Shown piece after piece: positions 57,401 to 64,000 of a stretch of DNA of 64,000 nucleotides; within the stretch, counting starts at the first letter, position 1, and each line of letters begins with the position of its first letter. Under the pieces are notes generated by a model. It was given only the letters and a program-made list of their open reading frames with translations. It made no database searches and had not been told where the DNA came from. The stretch spans positions 1 through 64,000 of the forward strand of contig CALKEP010000009.1 in assembly GCA_938084645.1 (NCBI GenBank). The letters run 5' to 3'. A program made the translations under genes and the position numbers. This DNA comes from an uncultured Phycisphaerales bacterium. GTDB lineage: Bacteria > Planctomycetota > Phycisphaerae > Phycisphaerales > SM1A02.

Positions 57401-58677
57401 AGTGGCTGGTGCCGGGGCTTCTGGTCGACAAGATCGAAGCGCTGATCCGCAGTCTTCCCCGGCGAGTGCGCACGCGATTCATGCCGATCCGCGAAACCGC
57501 GATCGGGGCCGCCGAACATCTGCCGTTCGCGGAATCCTCGTTGCTGGAAGCGCTGGCCGGCTATCTCGGCACGGTCGGCGGCGCCGCGGTTCGCGTGGGC
57601 GACTATCGGCTCGACATGCTCGAAGCGCATCACTTCATGCGTTTCGAACTGGTCGACGCCGACGGGCGGCTGCTGTCGAAGACGCGGAATTTCGCGACCC
57701 TGGTGTCGACGCACCGGGACGAGGCCCGGGTCGCGTTCGAGACGTCGATGGCCTCGCTCGAGTCCGGTGACGACGACGCGGCCCGGCTCGCGGCGATTCG
57801 GGATCGTCGAGACTGGGATTTCGGCCGGATGCCCGAGACCGTCGAGGTCGATCGCGGCGATCATCGACTGGTCGCGTATCCCGCCCTCGCCGACGAAGGC
57901 CGGTCGGTGCGGATCCGGGTGACCGACGACGCGGTGACCGCGGCATCGATGCACGTCGGAGGCGTTCGTCGGCTGCTCGCCCTGCAGGTGGGCGACGCCC
58001 TTCGGCATCACTTCGAACATCTCCCCGGTCTCGATCGACTCGCGATGCTTCATGCGCCGCTCGGTTCGGGCGAGGGCTTCACCGCGGACCTCGGCGATCT
58101 TGCGGTGGCCGTCGCGATGGAGCGAGGCGGCGGGGCGGTGGCGGCGGCCCGGACCCGCGATCGCCTCGCGTTTCTCGACCTTGACGAGGCGGTCCGGCGT
58201 GATCTCTGGCCGTCGCTCGAGCGGGCTTGCGATCTCGCGGAGCCGATTCTTCTGGCCCGGCAGGCGACGCTCGAATCCCTCGATCGACCGACGCCCGCGG
58301 CGTGGCGGGGCGTCGCGGACGACGAGCGGGCGCATCTCGACCGACTGGTGGGGACGGGTTTCCTCGGCCGCGTCCCGCCGGCGCGGCTCGCGGAGATTCC
58401 CCGATACCTCGAAGCGGGACGCCGTCGACTCGATCGACTCCGGGGCGACGGTCTGGAGCGTGATCGCGGACGGAGAGAGGAACTCGAGGGTTGGATCAGG
58501 CTCTGGGAGGGCCGGCGTCGCCAGCTCGACGGACTCGGGCGGATGGACCCGAAGGTCGATGACTTCGGATGGCTGCTCGAGGACTATCGGGTGTCGCTCT
58601 TCGCCCAGGAGCTTCGGGGGAACGCGAAGGCATCCCCCGCGATCCTCAAGGCCGCGTGGCGTTCGATCGTCGATTGA
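54496..58677 (+). CDS. hrpA: ATP-dependent RNA helicase HrpA
   Basis: GETGSGKTTQLPK, TQPRR, TDGILL, DEAHERSLNIDF, SAT, ATNVAETSLT, QRSGRCGR, HA2 region, C-terminal WLVPG and YRVSLFAQEL. Confidence 0.96.
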   Translation: MSPSDPHPPAATDASGDESPPPSGAARQPRRKRRRKSRSGGRGGSEPRKTAPVAPAAPEEVARLKAIDRRAGDLPEAPAGIIRRRLSGARRLLDEGRSAGKPLAAIERDLTRMLDARSARMQRRLDVTYPAELPVSLAREEIADAIRDHQVVVVCGETGSGKTTQLPKICLELGRGVDGLIGHTQPRRVAARSVAARIAEELKTPLGEGVGYAVRFNDRTRPGTRVKLMTDGILLAETQRDRDLVAYDTLIIDEAHERSLNIDFLLGYLKRLLSRRPDLKVIITSATIDPERFSRHFGNAPIVQVGGRMHPVEIRHRPIATDGADQDVDEATVAGVLEAITEIDASGLGETSTSGRPDILVFLPGEREINDVAAAIERASLPSTEVLPLYARLSNDRQDRVFKPGPERRIVLATNVAETSLTVPRIRGVIDVGTARISRYSPRSRVQRLPVEPVAQSSANQRSGRCGRVASGVCIRLYDEAEFAKRPDFTQPEILRSNLASVILQMASLGLGGPDAFPFLERPSAKLIRDGYETLREIGAVDRAGELTTLGRRLAEMPVDPRIGRIVLASIDEGCLPEIVVIAAALSVQDPKNRPAGSEGVADLAHAPFRDPGSDFLSFVRLWRAWRRAREEKGSSAIRSWCRRNHLSYLRMIEWEDVHRQLEEIAGRCLEGGRRNSDRKGSGRRVRLPEVRDDPPTGAVHRSILAGLVSNIGHRTEEGDYRGIAGATFSIFPGSVLRRQDAPWIVAAEIVETSRRWARTVARIRGDWVERVAPHLVRRNHFEPHFDPETGFVAAYENVSFGDLDVVERRTVPYAPIDVAGAREVFIQQALVSERLAGDAPFLARNRELFERLDQLGDRGRELGPLAEDEERFAFYDARLPSEIHNAAALTAWRRKAERRDPGILVMREQDLVTDVRAGLDEAEYPDRLRMGGMDIRLRYRHEPGTEDDGVTAMIPIELLGRLEAARFEWLVPGLLVDKIEALIRSLPRRVRTRFMPIRETAIGAAEHLPFAESSLLEALAGYLGTVGGAAVRVGDYRLDMLEAHHFMRFELVDADGRLLSKTRNFATLVSTHRDEARVAFETSMASLESGDDDAARLAAIRDRRDWDFGRMPETVEVDRGDHRLVAYPALADEGRSVRIRVTDDAVTAASMHVGGVRRLLALQVGDALRHHFEHLPGLDRLAMLHAPLGSGEGFTADLGDLAVAVAMERGGGAVAAARTRDRLAFLDLDEAVRRDLWPSLERACDLAEPILLARQATLESLDRPTPAAWRGVADDERAHLDRLVGTGFLGRVPPARLAEIPRYLEAGRRRLDRLRGDGLERDRGRREELEGWIRLWEGRRRQLDGLGRMDPKVDDFGWLLEDYRVSLFAQELRGNAKASPAILKAAWRSIVD

Positions 58678-58737
58678 TCGAACCCGTTGAAGCGCCGACA
58701 CGCGGCGATCGCGGGCCGAGCCGGCATCATCGATGCG

Positions 58738-61700
58738 TCAGCCGTCGCGCTTCGCCATCGCCCGTCCGGCCGCGGCGATGAACGCCTCGCTGGGCAGTCC
58801 CCACGGGCGGAACTTCTCGATCGTGCCCTTCTCCTCGCTGAAGAGGAGTCCTCGGTTCCCGCCGAGATTGCTCGCGGCGGGCGAGTCGATGAGGGTGCTG
58901 GAGTCGGCGGAACCGACCTGGAACATCGCCCGTTGGTCGAAGCCGCGCATCGCCTGGCGATCGACGCATCGTTCGAGGGTCGCCACCGTGTCCGCCCAGG
59001 CGAACACGAAGATTCCGTGTTCCGGTCCGTCCTTGAGGAGCGAACCGAAGACCTTGTCCGGGGTCGGCGGGGCGTCGTCGTCCATCGAGAACCCGAAGTC
59101 GTCTTCCGCCCGCCGCAGCGATCGGAACCGCTGGAGTCCGTGGACCAGGAGCAGAATCGGGGGTGCATCCGTCTGGTCGGCCTCGATTCGTCGGGCGAGT
59201 TCCCCGCCGAGCTCGAGCACCGCGTCGCTGCTGTCCCGGAACCCGGGAACTCGAACCTCGTGGGGCAGATGACCGGCGACCATCTCGAGGTATCCGGCAT
59301 TGGGATCGTCGGCCGCGGTGCCGTCGAGCACGACCGCCGAGAAGTCGTCGGTGCGATGGGCGGCGGCGGCCGAGACGAGTGCGGCCGCGGAGATCGCGGC
59401 GGCGGACTCGTCCTGCTGGCCGACCAGGACCACGTTGGATCCCGACTGGCGACGAAGCAGACCCGCGGTGGGATCCTTGATCGCGACCGCATCACCGAGC
59501 CAGAGCGGGATGGTCCCGGGGCGCGATTCTGGAACCGTCTCGATCGCGGCCCGCAACGGGGCGTTGGCGGGAAGCGAGGCGGGCGCGTTGCCCTCGAACA
59601 CGATGCACGGACGACGGGTGTCGGCGGGCCGGTCCTCGGCGAGTCGGGCGACCTGCTCGAGGTAGCCCTCCCGGACCTCGTCCGGAAGCCAGCACACCTG
59701 GAACGGACTGTTTCCGTCCACCAGACCGCCCTGATCGTTGTAGATCGCTTCGCCCGGACGAGCGAGGAGCCTGGCGGCGACGTTGTCGTCCGAGAGGATC
59801 ATCATCGAGTCCTGCTCGTTGCACTGCAGGGCGATCCGCACGCCCATCTGGCCCATCGTCGATCGATGGAGCGAGAAGGCGCCGCCGAGCGTCTGCGAGC
59901 CCAGCAGCACGTGCATGCCGAAGGCGCGACCCTGTCGGACGAGTCGGTCGAGGAGGGTGCCGGACTCCTGGCTGACCCGATCATCGTCGACGAAGAGCTC
60001 CTGGAACTCGTCGATCACCAGCAGGACCCGCGGCATCGGGACGTCCGGGCGTTTCGCCCGCCAGCCCGCGAGATCCTGCACGCCCTCGGCGCGGTAGGCC
60101 TCGCCGCGTTCCTTGAGCTCGTGATCGAGCCCCTGGAGGACGGACAGACCGAACTCGCGGTCGCTCTCCACCGCGACCGCGCGGGCATGCGGAAGCTTGT
60201 GGGTCGCATACGTCTTGAACTCGACGCCCTTCTTGAAGTCGACGAGATAGAACTCGACCTCGTCCGGCGAGTACCAGCAGGCGAGGTTCGTGATGAAGGC
60301 GTGGAGCAGGGTCGACTTGCCCGAGCCGGTCTTGCCCGCGACCAGGGCGTGCTGGGCGGTGCCGACGCCGAGTTCGATCGTCTGGAGCCGGGTGGCGCCG
60401 GCGCGACCGAGGGCGACCGAGACCTTCTTCTCCGTCGAGCCCGTCCAGAACTTCTCCCGGGGAGGTGCGATGGTCTCGAAGGGGACTTCGACCTTGCCGG
60501 CATCGAGCGCGGCACGGCCGACGCGGTGGGCCATCTCGATGAGAAGATCGTCCGGTGGTCCGGTCGCGGGTTCGAACTCGAGGTCCTCGAGTCCCTCCGC
60601 CTCGAACCGCATTCCATTCCGGGTGGACCGGATCGTGACCGCTTCGCGATCGATGTCGGCGACGTCGAACTTCTCGGGGACTTCGCCCCGACGATCGCGG
60701 AGGATCAGGGTGAAGACGCCGCAGCGCGGTCCGCTCTGGAGGATGCTCGCGAGCCGGCGGGCGGATTCATCGTTGAAGTTCGCGGGGAAGTCGGCGATCA
60801 CCAGGAATCGGTACGGCTCCGCGATCTCTCCGGCGGCGAGGTTGTAGGCGTCGATCGACTCGAACTCGTTCCGCAGGTACTTCTGGATCACCGTCTCCAT
60901 GTGTTCGGTGATGTCCGTGAGCTTCTGCTCGATCTGTCTGGGTTCGGTCCAGATGCGTTCTCCGACCAGTCCCGGCAACTCGTCCTCGAGGTGCATGAAG
61001 CCCGCGAAGTTCTGGCCGAGGCCGACCGGATCGAGGATCGTGAATCGAGCCTTCCCCGGCGGCACCGTGGCGAGGATGCGGAGCATGGTCGCCCGGAGGA
61101 GTTCGAGGCCCTCGGTGCGGTGGTCCGGATCGACGTCGATCTGGAGGCTCGCGCGGGACGGGAGGGAGATCATCGCGGGGAGATCGAAGGTCGTGGGGTG
61201 GTCGGTCGCGAGCCGGGGATCGCTCGGGGTTCCGCCCTCGACGGCGGTGCGATCGAACCGAAGGCGGCCGAGATCGATCGCGGGCGGGGCGACGATGGGC
61301 GGGGACCAGGTCTTCCAGGCCGGGTTCGCGAAGTCGGGGAATCTCGCGTCGAGATCGTCGTGGATCTCCGTCAACCGCGCGGTCGAGCGGTCGAGTCCCT
61401 CGAACCAGCGACGCTCGAGCGTCGCCCACCGGTTGGCCGCCGTCGTCTTCAACGTCTCGACCTCGGCACGATGTCGATCATGCTCGGCGGCGAGGGCGCC
61501 CGCGTGGGTCTCGACCGCCTCGGTCTCCATCGCGTCGGCGTCCGATTCGGCGGCCGTGGTCGTCGCGTCGAGCTGCGCGTCCGCCTCGGACTTCTGGATC
61601 GGGACGCGGCGTTCGAGCTCCGCGATCCGTTCCCTCGCCTTCGCGAGGTTCTCCGAGATGATCGGCTGGTACTTCGCCTCCGCTTCCGCGATCTCGCGAT

Positions 61701-62661
61701 CCCGGGTGGCGACCAGTCGGGCTTCGAGGCGGGTCATCTCCTCGCGGGCCTCGGTCCTCGATCGTTCGGTCGCCTTGCGGACCAGCGCCGCGGATCTGGC
61801 GAAGGGGCGCCAGGCTCGAACCACGGTCCGCCGGGCGACCACGTAGAGGATCGCGAGCACCGGCACGAAGGCGAGGAGTCCGTAGAGTCCGCCCTCGACG
61901 AGCGGTCCCCGTCCGGTGGCGCCCGTCGCCGCGGCGATGCCCACGCCGGCGCCGAAGAAGGCGGCGAGCGGCAGCACCATGATCGGACCGCGAAAGAGCC
62001 GAGGCACCGCGAGACGCCGGAACGCATCCGCCGACTGGGCCCCGGCGCCGAGTTCGAGTTTCATCACGACCTGCGGCTTCGATTCGACGTCTCGGAGATC
62101 GGCGGCGTCGAGTTCGGCCGCGGCGGGGACCGGCTGCTTGTAACGGCGGGTCTCCCGGAGCATTCTCGACTCGAGTTCCTCGAGCCGGGTGACGTCCTCG
62201 TCGATCTCCACGGCCCGTTCCTCGAATTCACGGGCCGGCCGTTTCTCGTTGGCTTCGTACACCGTCTCGGCGAGCCAGATCGCCTCCTCCAGCGCCTCCT
62301 TCGCCTTGCGTTCGTTCTCGTGGGCCTTGCGTCGGATCCGCACCGACATCGCTTCGGCCTCCTCGTCGATCTCGAGGTGTCGCCGCCGGTGGGCGGACTT
62401 CGCCGACTCGATGCCGTCGGTCCGGTGCCGATGCGCCGCGTCGATCGCGTCCGCCCGGCCGGTCTCGATGGTCTCGAGGGCCTCGGCGTGCCGGGTGGCC
62501 TCGGCCTTCTCGTCCCGAGCGACGTCCGCGTTGGCGGCGAGACTCTCCGCGGCGCATTCGCGGGTGAGCTCGTCGAGGCGTCGCCGGGTCGATCCGAGAT
62601 CGCCGAGAAGATCGGGTGGGCCGGTCGCGGGAATGTCGGCATCGGCCGTGAGTTCGCTCAT
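58738..62661 (-). CDS. Membrane-anchored FtsK/SpoIIIE-family ATPase (EssC/EccC-like)
   Basis: Coiled coil, two TMs, coiled coil; HALVAGKTGSGKST (Walker A), YSPDEVEFYLVDFKKGVEF, LLVIDEFQELF (Walker B), RQGRAFGMHVLLGSQ; two flanking degenerate FtsK-like domains. Confidence 0.9.
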   Translation of the reverse strand: MSELTADADIPATGPPDLLGDLGSTRRRLDELTRECAAESLAANADVARDEKAEATRHAEALETIETGRADAIDAAHRHRTDGIESAKSAHRRRHLEIDEEAEAMSVRIRRKAHENERKAKEALEEAIWLAETVYEANEKRPAREFEERAVEIDEDVTRLEELESRMLRETRRYKQPVPAAAELDAADLRDVESKPQVVMKLELGAGAQSADAFRRLAVPRLFRGPIMVLPLAAFFGAGVGIAAATGATGRGPLVEGGLYGLLAFVPVLAILYVVARRTVVRAWRPFARSAALVRKATERSRTEAREEMTRLEARLVATRDREIAEAEAKYQPIISENLAKARERIAELERRVPIQKSEADAQLDATTTAAESDADAMETEAVETHAGALAAEHDRHRAEVETLKTTAANRWATLERRWFEGLDRSTARLTEIHDDLDARFPDFANPAWKTWSPPIVAPPAIDLGRLRFDRTAVEGGTPSDPRLATDHPTTFDLPAMISLPSRASLQIDVDPDHRTEGLELLRATMLRILATVPPGKARFTILDPVGLGQNFAGFMHLEDELPGLVGERIWTEPRQIEQKLTDITEHMETVIQKYLRNEFESIDAYNLAAGEIAEPYRFLVIADFPANFNDESARRLASILQSGPRCGVFTLILRDRRGEVPEKFDVADIDREAVTIRSTRNGMRFEAEGLEDLEFEPATGPPDDLLIEMAHRVGRAALDAGKVEVPFETIAPPREKFWTGSTEKKVSVALGRAGATRLQTIELGVGTAQHALVAGKTGSGKSTLLHAFITNLACWYSPDEVEFYLVDFKKGVEFKTYATHKLPHARAVAVESDREFGLSVLQGLDHELKERGEAYRAEGVQDLAGWRAKRPDVPMPRVLLVIDEFQELFVDDDRVSQESGTLLDRLVRQGRAFGMHVLLGSQTLGGAFSLHRSTMGQMGVRIALQCNEQDSMMILSDDNVAARLLARPGEAIYNDQGGLVDGNSPFQVCWLPDEVREGYLEQVARLAEDRPADTRRPCIVFEGNAPASLPANAPLRAAIETVPESRPGTIPLWLGDAVAIKDPTAGLLRRQSGSNVVLVGQQDESAAAISAAALVSAAAAHRTDDFSAVVLDGTAADDPNAGYLEMVAGHLPHEVRVPGFRDSSDAVLELGGELARRIEADQTDAPPILLLVHGLQRFRSLRRAEDDFGFSMDDDAPPTPDKVFGSLLKDGPEHGIFVFAWADTVATLERCVDRQAMRGFDQRAMFQVGSADSSTLIDSPAASNLGGNRGLLFSEEKGTIEKFRPWGLPSEAFIAAAGRAMAKRDG

Positions 62662-62664
62662 CGA

Positions 62665-62883
62665 TCAATCATCTCCACAGTCTCGTCGGGCCTTCGCGAG
62701 TTCGGCTTCGAGGTGTTCCATCGCGGTCGCCGCCGACTTGATCCGTCGGTCGAGTGGACGAAGTCGCCGCGCCTCGAAGGCCCGGCTCACGGGGTCCCGC
62801 CAGACCTCGTTGACCTGCATCCAGGCGACCATGAGATCCTTGTACTCGCTCTGGACGCGACGTCGGGCGCTGGTGACGCTCAT
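62665..62883 (-). CDS. Small helical WXG100-like protein (W-R-D)
   Basis: 72 aa, amphipathic helices around EVWRDPVSRAFE, matching QSWRDQEQAKFE of the 90-aa gene; ATGA overlap upstream and 3-nt gap to the ATPase start. Confidence 0.65.
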   Translation of the reverse strand: MSVTSARRRVQSEYKDLMVAWMQVNEVWRDPVSRAFEARRLRPLDRRIKSAATAMEHLEAELAKARRDCGDD

Positions 62884-63491
62884 GACGATTCCTCCTCGGC
62901 ATCCCGCTCATCCGCGTCTCGGTCGCCGTCGGTTCCGGTGCGTCGCATCGAGGGGGAGGGATCCACCGGCTCGTCGGGCGTGATCAGTTTCTGGAGGTCC
63001 GGTGGCGAGAGCGAGAGGTAGGACTCGAGATTCTCGGTCATCTTCTTCAGCAGGCCGATCGCATGCGGGAGATCGTGGTCCACCGCGACGCTGAAGCCGG
63101 ACATCGCCGACTTGAAGTTGATCCGCTCCTGTTCGAGTCGACGCAGCCAGGCCTTCGTGGCCTGAAGCTTGGTCTGGGCCTCCTCGAGACGCCGATTGGC
63201 CCGCTGGAGGGCGACCTTCTCGTCGACGACGCTCGCCCGCCCGTCCTTCGCACTGGACTGGGTCTGCTTTCGGTAGAGATCGCTCTTCGCCCTGGTGACC
63301 AGTTCCTGCCGCTTCCGGATCTGGCGCGTCCAGTGGGGCACCCGATCCCGTTCCAGCCAGATCACGTTCCGATCCAGGTCGCTGTCGGCCTCCGAAACGG
63401 AGATGCGGCCCGCGTCGACGAATTCGACCAACGCCACGCGAAAGCGGTCGATGGCGTCGATGGACCGGACATCCGCGCTCTCGCTGCTCAT
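62880..63491 (-). CDS. Coiled-coil protein of the WXG100 operon
   Basis: 203 aa, helical; N-terminal ADVRSIDAIDRFRVALVEF parallels AVADPAELRRFANDLKRF of the WXG100 gene; acidic disordered tail. Confidence 0.7.
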   Translation of the reverse strand: MSSESADVRSIDAIDRFRVALVEFVDAGRISVSEADSDLDRNVIWLERDRVPHWTRQIRKRQELVTRAKSDLYRKQTQSSAKDGRASVVDEKVALQRANRRLEEAQTKLQATKAWLRRLEQERINFKSAMSGFSVAVDHDLPHAIGLLKKMTENLESYLSLSPPDLQKLITPDEPVDPSPSMRRTGTDGDRDADERDAEEESS

Positions 63492-63521
63492 GGGTCGATC
63501 TCGTGGGCGGGTGGTCGCGGG

Positions 63522-63794
63522 TCAGCGCTGCTGGAGGTAGTCCTCGATCCGCTGCGCCTTGCGCAGCAGGAAGGGGATGTGGACGTCCGAGGCCTTCACG
63601 AAGCGATGAAGCGTCTTGACGGTGGCGTCGAACTCTTCCTCGAACTTCGCTTGTTCCTGGTCACGCCAGCTCTGGGAGAGCGTTCCCATGCGAGCCTGCA
63701 TGGTCTGCATGTTTCCCTGAAGCTCGTTGGTGAATCGCTTGAGATCGTTGGCGAATCGGCGAAGTTCGGCCGGATCGGCGACGGCCTTGGCCAT
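63522..63794 (-). CDS. WXG100/ESAT-6-like protein (W-R-D variant)
   Basis: 90 aa; DPAELRRFA N-terminus, central WRD turn, FEEEF; RBS GAGGAG; heads an operon ending in an FtsK ATPase. Confidence 0.85.
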   Translation of the reverse strand: MAKAVADPAELRRFANDLKRFTNELQGNMQTMQARMGTLSQSWRDQEQAKFEEEFDATVKTLHRFVKASDVHIPFLLRKAQRIEDYLQQR

Positions 63795-63827
63795 GGTGCG
63801 TCTCCTCTGAGGGTCGGTCGGTCCGAG

Positions 63828-63834
63828 GAGTGTA
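63828..63834 (-). promoter_or_regulatory. Putative -10 element (TACACT) for the WXG100 operon
   Basis: Minus-strand TACACT about 35 nt upstream of the WXG100 ATG, in the divergent intergenic region. Confidence 0.4.
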
Positions 63835-63910
63835 GCGGCATGATCGCGGGTACTCTCCCGCAGGCCGGTGCTCCTGCGGGGATCCGGCCGGGAATCCGGA
63901 GGATCGAACG

Positions 63911-64000
63911 ATGCGGGAAGCCAACCTGATCGATGGAGCCTGGGTCGCGGCGGACTCGGGGCGGACGCTCGAGGTTCTGGATCCGGCGACCGACGCGCTG
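63911..64000 (+). CDS. Aldehyde dehydrogenase family protein (succinate-semialdehyde dehydrogenase-like), 5' part, truncated by the window edge
   Basis: Not in the ORF track. Manual translation MREANLIDGAWVAADSGRTLEVLDPATDAL is a typical ALDH N-terminus; GGAGGA lies 7 nt before the ATG. Confidence 0.75.
   Translation, partial: MREANLIDGAWVAADSGRTLEVLDPATDAL

Noticed and set aside
54469..58701. 1410-aa minus-strand ORF
   Set aside because: Antisense to hrpA, which carries all the helicase motifs.
58738..62661. Calling the ATPase the cell-division translocase ftsK or a conjugative coupling protein
   Set aside because: No recognisable gamma domain or 4-TM FtsK N-domain, no relaxase or other mobile genes nearby, and the context is WXG100-like genes.
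58687..63021. 1444-aa plus-strand ORF
   Set aside because: Antisense shadow of the FtsK/WXG100 operon; no motifs. Long stop-free antisense frames are expected at this GC content.

Overview
A very GC-rich, gene-dense bacterial chromosome segment. The gene content points to Planctomycetota, probably Phycisphaerae (inference from the paired DxNGDG...WG dockerin-like tails, the planctomycete-style receiver-like protein and the B12-domain protein). Housekeeping genes: nuoJKLMN, pgsA-pgpA, lysA, pheA, ubiE/menG, tilS, gmhA, hrpA, tRNA-Arg(ACG) and tRNA-Val(TAC). I see no mobile element, prophage or CRISPR array. Main points of interest: (1) a complete four-gene operon at 58738-63794 with two WXG100-like proteins (both W-R-D), a helical protein and a membrane-anchored FtsK/EssC-like ATPase, i.e. 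a minimal type VII-like module in a diderm; (2) three tandem paralogues at 46332-49130 sharing a thioredoxin-like YRxxCxxCH domain, one fused to a MauE/DoxX membrane domain, a candidate envelope thiol-redox relay; (3) a nine-gene TonB uptake locus with Vibrio TonB2/Ttp-like organisation at 15980-28122; (4) a POT peptide transporter carrying a ~230-aa insertion with pseudopilin (GspG)-like motifs; (5) several domains lacking their canonical catalytic residues; (6) a recurring TAnnnT-N6/7-ATG leaderless-promoter pattern. All calls come from motif recognition by eye; no database search was run.
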